This document shows, piece after piece, positions 41,375 through 49,918 of a stretch of 64,000 bases of DNA. Both the position numbers and the translations under genes were made by a program. How positions within the stretch are numbered: the first letter of the stretch is position 1; each line of letters opens with the position of its first letter. This stretch comes from Bacteroidia bacterium (lineage in GTDB: Bacteria; Bacteroidota; Bacteroidia; UKL13-3). The notes beneath the pieces were generated by a model that was not told the DNA's origin, did no database searches, and saw only the letters and a list, made by a program, of their open reading frames with translations. Location: contig JAGVLJ010000027.1 in assembly GCA_020049855.1 (NCBI GenBank), positions 7,884-71,883 of the forward strand. Direction: 5' to 3'.

Positions 41375-42391
41375 TTACGTACGGTGAAGTAAAAACAGGG
41401 TGCAGGAGAACAAAAAGAAAGCCCCCGTTTGATGTAAACTGGCAAGGCTTACCGGAACACCCATTAATAAAGTAAACATACCTAACATGAATTGCATTAA
41501 AACAATAAACAGTAAAGCGTTTACCAGTTTTTTTTGGAGCAAATTCACCGGTGAATTTTTTGCTCTAAGGTAAATGACAACTACGCAAAGGGTAACCACG
41601 TAAGCTAAGCAACGGTGTATAAACTGTACACCAATGGCGCCTTCTACAAAATTTTTCCAAACAGGCTGAAGCAACCAGACATCATCAGGTAACCAATCAT
41701 TCCCCATCATAGGGAAGGTAGGATAAATGTATCCGGCTTTTAATCCGGCCACAAACGCACCATACGTAATTTGTATCACAACAAGGGTAAGCAGTAATCT
41801 GATTAAATTTTTAAATCCTGTTGATTCAGTTCGTTTTTCGGGGTATACTAAATCTAATGCATACCAAAAAGTGAAACCAAATGTGGTAAAGGCTGTTATT
41901 AAATGAGCCGCCAACCGATAGTGACTTACATGCGGATTTTTTACCAGTCCGCTTTTTACCATATACCACCCAAGTAAACCTTGCAATGCCCCCAAAGCAA
42001 GCAATACCAACGATTTTTTCAGAAATCCTTCCGGAAATTTCTTACGAACGATGAACCAAATGAATGGAATAATAAAAACAATTCCGATAAGCCTGCCGGT
42101 GAACCGGTGATAAAACTCCCAAAGGTAAATGTTTTTAAAATCAGCCAGTGAAAAGTGGTGATTGATGAGCAGGTACTCCGGAGATTGTTTGTACTTTGTA
42201 AATTCGGTATTCCAGTCGGCCTCATTCATGGGAGGGAGCGAACCTGTGGGGCTCCATTCAACCATAGAGAGTCCGGAATGGGTTAAGCGGGTGATGCCTC
42301 CTATAATTACCATGAGGTAAATAAGCAGGCAACCTGTAAGCAGCCAAATGATAAGATGTTTATGCGGATTATCCGAAACGTTTAGTTGCAT
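41375..42391 (-). CDS. ctaA: haem A synthase (COX15/CtaA family)
   Basis: 338 aa with 8 TM helices. GGITRLTHSGLSMVEW and conserved His pairs (HR...H) are typical of COX15/CtaA. Confidence 0.88.
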   Translation of the reverse strand: MQLNVSDNPHKHLIIWLLTGCLLIYLMVIIGGITRLTHSGLSMVEWSPTGSLPPMNEADWNTEFTKYKQSPEYLLINHHFSLADFKNIYLWEFYHRFTGRLIGIVFIIPFIWFIVRKKFPEGFLKKSLVLLALGALQGLLGWYMVKSGLVKNPHVSHYRLAAHLITAFTTFGFTFWYALDLVYPEKRTESTGFKNLIRLLLTLVVIQITYGAFVAGLKAGYIYPTFPMMGNDWLPDDVWLLQPVWKNFVEGAIGVQFIHRCLAYVVTLCVVVIYLRAKNSPVNLLQKKLVNALLFIVLMQFMLGMFTLLMGVPVSLASLHQTGAFFLFSCTLFLLHRT

Positions 42392-42678
42392 ATATTGATG
42401 TGAGAAATACTTGCTTTACGAAAAACTTAAGCCCTCTAAAAGGACACACAAAACTACGTGCTTTTTGTGGAGATAACACCATTTTTTCAGTACGATTTCT
42501 ACCGTTTAATTTAGAGCAAAACTGAATCTATTGCTACAGCATTAACATCTGATTTTTTTATGATAGAAGAGCAGTAAATTTGATGCTAATTTATCTTGGA
42601 TGAAAATTTTGAGGAAGGAAATTGGCGTAACGAAATTTTTGCCCTTTTGTTTGAAAATAAATACGTAATATAGAAATC

Positions 42679-43116
42679 ATGTTACAAGCAGAAATGACCG
42701 AATTGTACGTTCGAGAAATAAATAAACTTATTAAGGAAATCGGGCAGTATGAAACCGATGCCGAATTATGGAAAACAAAAGAGGGTATCAATAATTCAGG
42801 AGGTTGTTTATGCCAGCATTTAACCGGTAGTTTGTTGCATTTTATTGGGGCTACGTTGGGCAATATAGGATACATACGAAACAGGGACAATGAATTTATT
42901 AATTCAGATAAGAGCAGGGCAGAGTTGATTTCAGGATTGGAAAATGCCCGCGAAGTAATAACACATACTTTTGCCACCCTGTCTGCTGAAACACTGGATA
43001 AAGAATTTGCATTTGACTTTGCCGGGAAACAAAGCACCCGATTTTATCTATTGATGTTTTTAGGGCATCTTGCTTATCATTTAGGACAAATTAATTACCA
43101 CCGCAGGTTAATCTAA
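42679..43116 (+). CDS. DinB-family (DUF1572-like) four-helix-bundle protein
   Basis: 145 aa with a His triad pattern (CQHLTGSLLHF ... LGHLAYHLGQINY). Confidence 0.7.
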   Translation: MLQAEMTELYVREINKLIKEIGQYETDAELWKTKEGINNSGGCLCQHLTGSLLHFIGATLGNIGYIRNRDNEFINSDKSRAELISGLENAREVITHTFATLSAETLDKEFAFDFAGKQSTRFYLLMFLGHLAYHLGQINYHRRLI

Positions 43117-43196
43117 AATTACCGATTGCCATTTTAGTTTTCTGCTGCCGGTTAAACCACCAACAAGATCCAATTGAAACCTGACGAATACTTACC

Positions 43197-43517
43197 ATGA
43201 CATTAGCAACAACACCACAACCACCCTATTTCGCTGTCATTTTCACGTCACTCAGAACCAATATACAAGATGGGTATGATGACATGTCAATACAATTGGT
43301 AGAGTTGGCTAAAACTCAGCCCGGATATATAAGCATTGAAAGTGCCCGCGATGCCTCAGGTATGGGTATTACTGTTTCTTATTGGGAAAGTGAAGAAGCA
43401 ATACTTAATTGGAAACAGCAGGCCACGCATGTTTTTGCACAACAAAAAGGCAAAGAAGAATGGTACAAACAGTACCATGTACGGGTATGCAAGGTAGAAC
43501 GGGCCTATAGTTTTTAG
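43197..43517 (+). CDS. antibiotic-biosynthesis-monooxygenase (ABM) fold protein
   Basis: 106 aa. ...GYISIESARD...ITVSYWESEEAILNWKQQATH... is typical of the ABM/Dabb fold. Confidence 0.7.
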   Translation: MTLATTPQPPYFAVIFTSLRTNIQDGYDDMSIQLVELAKTQPGYISIESARDASGMGITVSYWESEEAILNWKQQATHVFAQQKGKEEWYKQYHVRVCKVERAYSF

Positions 43518-43535
43518 CCTTAAGGGCATAAAAAA

Positions 43536-43562
43536 ACTCCCGACTACAAATCGGGAGTTTTT
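43536..43562. terminator. bidirectional intrinsic terminator
   Basis: A-run, then an 8-bp stem actcccga/tcgggagt, then a T-run. Lies between convergent genes. Confidence 0.7.
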
Positions 43563-43576
43563 GGGTGAGGTAAGAT

Positions 43577-44623
43577 TTATTTACCCATTTGCATATCTGA
43601 GTAGTGTTTATAGTATGCTTTTTCGATATCAGTTGGTTTGATGTTTTCTTTATTGCGGCTGTATTTTAAGCGGTGAGAGAAGAACTGATCGGCAATATCA
43701 TCACCGGTTGATTGAAGCAATACGATATCGGGTTCAATGTACTTAGCGCGTTCGTCCCATAACGTTACATAATCGTCAATTGAGTAGCCCCAGTTGGCGG
43801 CATTCACAATTTCTTTATCAGGGAAAATGGCCTGAATTTTAGCAGTACCGGTTTTATCATTATCCAGAAAAGGGAAAAAGAATCCTGAGTCGCCAATTAG
43901 CAATACGCGTTGTTTTTTCTTTGGAAATGTTAAGTCGTAATCCATGCGTAATCCCTGACTGTTTGTTTTAATTCGATAAGGAAGATTTTTTCCTCCATCA
44001 CGTATTTCGTCAAGGTTTGGTTCAAAATCACCGAATAGGGTCGGACGACCTTGGTCAGGAAAAGTTTGGGTGCTTTTGCTGGTGGTATATTGTTTAATCA
44101 CCTTAGCCATAGCATTAGCAACTAACTCGGCTCCTTTTTCACGCAGGTGTCCGTCAATCGGCATGTAGGTGATGTCCTGTGGCTTGTATGGCATAAAAAT
44201 TTCGGAGAAATCAAGGAAAATTACGTTGTTGGCTGCACACAATTCTTTGATATATTTTTTACCCACCTTCTGAACTTTGGTTTCCGAATCCCCAATTTCG
44301 GTGGTGAGCCAACAAAATACTACCTGAATATTGGACGATCGCAAGTTTTTTACAAAATTTTCAAAATACATTTTGTACCGCTCTTTAATTACCTGAAGGG
44401 TGGCGCGTGCAAGTGAGTCGTTGTCATCATAAATTTCATCTCGTGGAATTAACTCATAATTCATAGTTGATTCTTCGGTAGCATTGCTTGCCGACATATC
44501 AACCTTTTCACTGCTTACGGTTTCACTGATAACACTGTTTGAATCTTTGCTTTTGTACCAGAAAAAGTAAAGAAGCCCCCCGACTATTGCCAGAGCAAAT
44601 ACAATACGTAGTAATAGTTTCAT
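43577..44623 (-). CDS. membrane-anchored SGNH-like acyltransferase/esterase with permuted motif order (AlgX/AlgJ-like rather than DltD-like)
   Basis: 348 aa with one N-terminal TM helix. A block-V-like PIDGHLREKGAELVA (D157/H159) precedes a block-I-like RVLLIGDSGFF (S246). Last gene of the operon, 12 nt after the MBOAT gene. Confidence 0.65.
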   Translation of the reverse strand: MKLLLRIVFALAIVGGLLYFFWYKSKDSNSVISETVSSEKVDMSASNATEESTMNYELIPRDEIYDDNDSLARATLQVIKERYKMYFENFVKNLRSSNIQVVFCWLTTEIGDSETKVQKVGKKYIKELCAANNVIFLDFSEIFMPYKPQDITYMPIDGHLREKGAELVANAMAKVIKQYTTSKSTQTFPDQGRPTLFGDFEPNLDEIRDGGKNLPYRIKTNSQGLRMDYDLTFPKKKQRVLLIGDSGFFFPFLDNDKTGTAKIQAIFPDKEIVNAANWGYSIDDYVTLWDERAKYIEPDIVLLQSTGDDIADQFFSHRLKYSRNKENIKPTDIEKAYYKHYSDMQMGK

Positions 44624-44635
44624 TTGATATAAATT

Positions 44636-46162
44636 TTAGAATTGAAAGTAAAGGAATTCATTTTGATTGTTCAAATTATCTGACGAAAAAATAACCACTA
44701 TGATAGTGGCATAGGCTGTCCAACGAATCATGTAGTTAGTATTTTGCAAATCAAGCCCATAGTCTTTTTTACGCTGTATCCATTCTATAAGAAAAAGTAC
44801 TCCTCCCCACATCAATCCATCTTTCACTGCAGAGAAATACGGCATAGTGAACAAAGATTCGCTGCATATACGCGACCAAAGGGCTTGAAATTTGGTAATG
44901 CTACCCGAACGAAATACCAATTGTGATGCCGCCCAAAATAGCCAAACTAAAATAGCACTAACTACCGAATAAACTACATGAGGAATTATCTGAGACCATT
45001 TTTTTCTTACTTCTTTCGTAAGCACTTCATAGCCTAAAACAATTCCATGCATCAATCCCCAAATAACTGCGGTCCATTGGGCACCATGCCACAAGCCGCT
45101 TAATGTAAAACTGATAATGGCAGCATAAACAATTCCCCATTTTCCCCAGCTTCGTTTACCGAATGAAATGGGCATATATAAATAATCTGTAATCCAGGAA
45201 CTGAGTGAAATGTGCCACCTTCGCCAAAACTCGGTTAAAGAAGTAGCAAAATAGGGGAAGTTAAAATTTTTCAGAAGGTCGAAGCCTAATAGTCGGGCGC
45301 AGCCAAGCGCAATATCCGAGTACCCCGAAAAGTCGCAATAAATCTGAATCGTAAATGCAAGTGTGGCTAAAATAATATTGCTACCGCTGGAAGCATCGCT
45401 AGCATATACGTAGGTTACAAATTTTCCGATAGAATCGGCTACAACGGTTTTTTTGAAAAATCCCCAAAGCATTTGGCTTAGTCCGCTTTCCATTTTATTC
45501 CAACTAAAGCTACGTGGGTTGGTAAATTGGGGAAGCAGGTGGCCGGCCCGTTCAATGGGTCCTGCCACCAACTGTGGGAAAAAAGCTACATGTGTAATAA
45601 AATCCACGTAATCATCTGCCGGTTCATAGGTTTCCTGATATACATCAAAGGTGTACCCAAGCACATGGAAAGTGAAAAAACTTATTGCAAGCGGAAGTAA
45701 AATATGTTCGGGCGAAAAGAGGATTTGCCAGCCCAAAGTATTGGCTGCATCTACAAATGACTGAACAAAAAAGTTGAAATATTTAAAATAACACAGCACG
45801 CCCAAATGCACTACTGCACTTAAAACCATGAGCCATTTGCGTGTGATTTCTTTTTTTTGTTTTCCAAGCGCTATGCCCATAAGGTAGGCAAAAGATGAAC
45901 TGAGCCAAAGCAAAAGGAATAATTGCAGAATATGGTAATGCCGCTCGTTGAAACCTTTTGCCACATTTAACCATGCTTCTTCAAACCTGAAGTTAAAAAG
46001 TAGTTTGGCAATTTTGTTTTGGGGCATCGCAGCAGCACAATAAAAAAAGTAGCTGCCGAAAAGCAACACTATATTTTGTGCTTTTCTGGATTTTAGAAGC
46101 GACCAATATAGCAGGTAAATTACTGTAAGGAAAAGAAAAAAGGAGAACGAGGTAAAAAGCAT
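44636..46162 (-). CDS. MBOAT family O-acyltransferase (DltB/AlgI-like)
   Basis: 508 aa, polytopic. FWRRWHISLSSWITDYLY and the invariant-His context LSGLWHGAQW. Confidence 0.9.
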   Translation of the reverse strand: MLFTSFSFFLFLTVIYLLYWSLLKSRKAQNIVLLFGSYFFYCAAAMPQNKIAKLLFNFRFEEAWLNVAKGFNERHYHILQLFLLLWLSSSFAYLMGIALGKQKKEITRKWLMVLSAVVHLGVLCYFKYFNFFVQSFVDAANTLGWQILFSPEHILLPLAISFFTFHVLGYTFDVYQETYEPADDYVDFITHVAFFPQLVAGPIERAGHLLPQFTNPRSFSWNKMESGLSQMLWGFFKKTVVADSIGKFVTYVYASDASSGSNIILATLAFTIQIYCDFSGYSDIALGCARLLGFDLLKNFNFPYFATSLTEFWRRWHISLSSWITDYLYMPISFGKRSWGKWGIVYAAIISFTLSGLWHGAQWTAVIWGLMHGIVLGYEVLTKEVRKKWSQIIPHVVYSVVSAILVWLFWAASQLVFRSGSITKFQALWSRICSESLFTMPYFSAVKDGLMWGGVLFLIEWIQRKKDYGLDLQNTNYMIRWTAYATIIVVIFSSDNLNNQNEFLYFQF

Positions 46163-46178
46163 GGTTTAACAAAAAAGT

Positions 46179-46424
46179 TCAGGCCGGAAGTTTTTTTAGT
46201 ATGCAGGCACACAAGTCGCCTATGTTGTTGAATTTAATTACTTCGTTAAGTTTAAATTTTATTTTATAGTGATTTTCAACCGCATCAATCAGCATTACAT
46301 GGGTGAGCGAATCCCAACCATCTACATCAGCCGCGGTGGTTGCAGGGGTTAAATGGAGCTGCTCTTTTTTCAAAACGGTTTTGAAAATTTCGGTTACATG
46401 GGTTAAAACTTCTTCTGGTGTCAT
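46179..46424 (-). CDS. acyl/aminoacyl carrier protein (DltC-like)
   Basis: 81 aa with the phosphopantetheine attachment motif DVDGWDSLTHV. Confidence 0.85.
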   Translation of the reverse strand: MTPEEVLTHVTEIFKTVLKKEQLHLTPATTAADVDGWDSLTHVMLIDAVENHYKIKFKLNEVIKFNNIGDLCACILKKLPA

Positions 46425-46428
46425 TTGG

Positions 46429-47085
46429 TTAGATTATTTTTTCCATGAGCAATTTACTGTTTCCGGGCAATAAATTGCTCACGTTTGGGTTATTTGCTTT
46501 TTTTTTAATTGCAATATGAAAGCCTGCTTTTTCGTAGGCACTCACTGCCGAATCATTATTGGCCATTAAAATAATCTGAGCCTTATTAATATCCGGCCTA
46601 CGTTTTTTGTGTACCGCAATATGCTCTGCAATCAGCTTTTTGCTCAGCCCCAACCCTCTGAATTCTTTTTTGGTGTAAATACATTCTAACTGAATCGCGC
46701 CTTCTTCTCTTGGTATAGATACTTCATCCAGTAACATAATGGATTCAGATGCCGCAATAAATTTTTCTTTTCCTATAAAATACATGAGGGTATTCGCCTT
46801 AAGCATATTACTTTGACCTACCTCGCCCTCTACCCAAGAGCATATTGCTGAGGCATTTTTCCCCTCAACTTTGGCAATCAAAAATCCGGATAGGCATAAT
46901 TCCTGCCCGGTAATGTCTTCATCTAATATATTATTAAGGGTGCCGATAAATTCTTTTTCCGAAAGGTTAAATATGGCACTATAACTCAGTAAAGAGGTTC
47001 CGCTTTTTTCGGCCTCAAGAATACTCTCAATAATAAACTCTTTATCAGTTGCGGTGGCTTGTTGAATTGTAATTTGAGGGTTCAT
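46429..47085 (-). CDS. GNAT family N-acetyltransferase
   Basis: 218 aa with acetyl-CoA-binding motif A (RGLGLSKKLI) and AYEKAGF near the C-terminus. Confidence 0.8.
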   Translation of the reverse strand: MNPQITIQQATATDKEFIIESILEAEKSGTSLLSYSAIFNLSEKEFIGTLNNILDEDITGQELCLSGFLIAKVEGKNASAICSWVEGEVGQSNMLKANTLMYFIGKEKFIAASESIMLLDEVSIPREEGAIQLECIYTKKEFRGLGLSKKLIAEHIAVHKKRRPDINKAQIILMANNDSAVSAYEKAGFHIAIKKKANNPNVSNLLPGNSKLLMEKII

Positions 47086-47087
47086 TT

Positions 47088-48560
47088 TTATAATTGTGCA
47101 CTCAGTGCTTTGCGGTCGGTTTTTCCATTGGCATTTAACGGAAAACTATTAACCCGATGAATAAATTGCGGAATCATGTATGCGGGTAAACTGGTTTTTA
47201 ATAAATCCAGAAGTTGCTCATCGGTTGTTCCGGTGGGTTCAGTGAAAAGGTGCAATTCATCAATCTTTTTATCATTTGTTTTAACAATTGCTACTGTATT
47301 TACACCTTGCAAACATTTTTTTGCATAAAATTCAATTTCGCTCAGTTCAACCCTAAAGCCTTGTAGTTTTACCTGATGATCCGATCTGCCGCAATACGAA
47401 AAATCGCCATCGAGATCTCTGAAACAGATATCACCTGTTTTGTAAAAACGTATCCCGTCTTTTTCAAAAAAGGCTTCTTTATTCTTTTCAGAATTGTTTA
47501 AGTACCCCTTGGTAAGTTGTGAGCCAGAGATACAAAGTTCTCCTTTTTCTCCATCTGCCATTTCATTTTGATTTTCATCAATGATTATGCATTGGGTTGA
47601 TATCATTTCATGACCTATACACACCATGTCGTTGTAAGCCTTTACTTTGTTGTTAGCAATATGATAGGCGGTGCAAAAAATGGTTGCTTCAGTTGGCCCA
47701 TATACATTCCATATTTGTGCATTTGGAATGCACTTTTGCCATTGTGTTACGGTAGATTGAAGAAGTGCTTCTCCACAAAAAAGAGAATATCGCATGGCGG
47801 GGAGGTTAATTTCTTCAAAATATGGTTGTAGCAATTGAATCATGGATGGTACCATGAGCGCAAAAGTGATATTTTGATCTTCGAGTGTGGTGTAGATGTT
47901 AAGGTATTTTACTCCGGTATTAGGTAACGTATAAACCGAAGCCCCAACGCATAATGGAGCAAGGTATGACATCACGGATAAGTCGAAAGTGAGATCGAAC
48001 ATTTGCAAAAATTTATCGCTTGGCTTTAAATCATTGAAAATTTCAAAAAATGCGTATAAAAAGGCATCTATATTTTCGTAGGTAATTGGAACACCTTTGG
48101 GAACTCCTGTGGTTCCTGAGGTGAATAGTATGTAGGCTTCTGTTTGATCATTGGTGTCCGTTTTAAATTCATAGTCGGCATCGGCTTTAAATTCAGGCTG
48201 TACTATGGTAACTAAATTGAAAGCACCTTCTTCGGCCTGGTTTTTATTTCCCAGCACTGTTTTTAATCCGGCCTGGATGATAATTTGTATATTTTTATTT
48301 TCTGGGTGACCCGGATGTATGGGTACGTACGTTTTGCCACTAAGCAATATAGCTAAAACAGATGCATACGTTTCAATGGAGTTATCCAGTAAAACTCCGA
48401 TGCGTTGCTCATTAGAGGTTTGTTCAGCTAAGTAAATTCCTGTCGATCGAACCGCTTGTTGAAGCGTGGCATAAGAATAACTTTTGTCATTAATTACAAA
48501 AGCAGTTTCTCCTTTTTGGTTATTTAACGAATGGATAAGACGGTGAAGGAACGGAACCAT
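47088..48560 (-). CDS. DltA-like amino-acid adenylating enzyme (carrier-protein ligase)
   Basis: 490 aa. Motifs: A3 LFTSGTTGVPKGV, A4 FDLSV (DltA-like, with the Asp typical of amino-acid-activating A domains), A5 NVYGPTEAT, A7 YKTGD, A8 GRSDHQVKLQGFRVEL and A10 NGKTDRKAL. Confidence 0.9.
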   Translation of the reverse strand: MVPFLHRLIHSLNNQKGETAFVINDKSYSYATLQQAVRSTGIYLAEQTSNEQRIGVLLDNSIETYASVLAILLSGKTYVPIHPGHPENKNIQIIIQAGLKTVLGNKNQAEEGAFNLVTIVQPEFKADADYEFKTDTNDQTEAYILFTSGTTGVPKGVPITYENIDAFLYAFFEIFNDLKPSDKFLQMFDLTFDLSVMSYLAPLCVGASVYTLPNTGVKYLNIYTTLEDQNITFALMVPSMIQLLQPYFEEINLPAMRYSLFCGEALLQSTVTQWQKCIPNAQIWNVYGPTEATIFCTAYHIANNKVKAYNDMVCIGHEMISTQCIIIDENQNEMADGEKGELCISGSQLTKGYLNNSEKNKEAFFEKDGIRFYKTGDICFRDLDGDFSYCGRSDHQVKLQGFRVELSEIEFYAKKCLQGVNTVAIVKTNDKKIDELHLFTEPTGTTDEQLLDLLKTSLPAYMIPQFIHRVNSFPLNANGKTDRKALSAQL

Positions 48561-48691
48561 GTTGTATTAGGTATGTTTGGGTGCAATATACTTTACCAAA
48601 ACACTCCTGCAAAAAAAAATAACGAAAATTCCGGCTAAAGCAATAAACTTAATAAAGTAATCAGTTTGGAAGTGACTATTTTGCAGCCTGA

Positions 48692-49918
48692 ATGTTGTGC
48701 ACTGTTTTTCAAAACAAAGAATATCGTTTTTTCTTAAGCGCCCGAGTGCTGCTTACGTTCGCCTTACAAATACAAAATGTTGTGGTAAGCTGGCAGATAT
48801 TTAAACTTACCAATGACCCCTTGTCATTAGGATTAATTGGGTTGGCCGAGGCCATTCCTGCCTTATCTATTGCTTTATATGCAGGTCATTTGGCCGATAA
48901 ACATAATAAACGGACTATTCTTATCGTGGCACTTGGAGTATTATTGAGTAGTTCCGTTGGCATATTATGGGTGACACTTCCTCGCGGGCAGGAAAGTTTT
49001 AGTGTATTAACGCAGGTCAGGTATTTGTATTTGTTTATTTTGGTAAGCGGATTTGCACGCGGGTTTTACGCGCCCACGGCTTTTTCTTTTTTGCATAATC
49101 TGGTAAAGCGCGAACACCTTACTGTTGCCTCTACCATCAACAGTTCCTCTTGGCAAATGGCTTCTATCATTGGGCCGGCAATAGGCGGTTATTTATATTT
49201 GGAGGCAGGTATTACCATTGTTATCACAAGTGTAGTTATTTTTTCTTTGGCAGCATTGGGTTGTTTGTTTTCAATACGATCGAAACCAGTTAAATATATG
49301 GAAACAGGCGAGAGCATTAGCTTCAGGCTTTCCGAGGGTATCCGTTTTGTGTTTCGAAATAAAGTAATATTAAGCGCTTTGTCGCTTGATTTATTTGCGG
49401 TGTTGTTTGGAGGTGCTGTGGCATTGCTGCCTGTTTTTGCGGATACCATTTTGCACGTGGGACCTGATGGATTAGGTTTGCTGCGCGCAGCCCCTTCACT
49501 CGGTGCAAGTATGCTTATGCTATGGCTCTCGTTGCGCAAACCACAGGGAAAACCGGGTGCTCTATTGCTTTGGTGTGTAGCAGGATTTGGGTTGTGCATG
49601 ATTGCTTTTGCTGTGTCAACCAATTTTTATCTTTCCCTGTTTTTTCTCTTTTTGAGCGGAGCTTTTGACAGTGTAAGTGTTGTGGTACGAGGCAATATTT
49701 TGCAGTTACAAACACCCGACCATATGCGCGGGCGGGTGTCGGCAGTAAATACCATGTTTATTGGTTCAAGTAATGAAATAGGTGCCTTTGAGAGTGGCGT
49801 TGCCGCACGGTTAATGGGAATCGTGCCCTCGGTCATCTTTGGTGGATGTATAACCTTGTTGGTTGTGGGATTTACTGCTGTAAAATCAAAAGCACTAAAA
49901 AAGTTCAAGTATGAGTAA
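48692..49918 (+). CDS. MFS transporter (EntS/enterobactin-exporter-like subfamily)
   Basis: 408 aa with 12 TM helices. Transcribed divergently from the adenylase operon. Confidence 0.85.
   Translation: MLCTVFQNKEYRFFLSARVLLTFALQIQNVVVSWQIFKLTNDPLSLGLIGLAEAIPALSIALYAGHLADKHNKRTILIVALGVLLSSSVGILWVTLPRGQESFSVLTQVRYLYLFILVSGFARGFYAPTAFSFLHNLVKREHLTVASTINSSSWQMASIIGPAIGGYLYLEAGITIVITSVVIFSLAALGCLFSIRSKPVKYMETGESISFRLSEGIRFVFRNKVILSALSLDLFAVLFGGAVALLPVFADTILHVGPDGLGLLRAAPSLGASMLMLWLSLRKPQGKPGALLLWCVAGFGLCMIAFAVSTNFYLSLFFLFLSGAFDSVSVVVRGNILQLQTPDHMRGRVSAVNTMFIGSSNEIGAFESGVAARLMGIVPSVIFGGCITLLVVGFTAVKSKALKKFKYE

Noticed and set aside
42591-43037. 148-aa minus-strand ORF.
   Set aside because: It is antisense to the DinB-family gene (42679-43116), which carries the family His-triad pattern.
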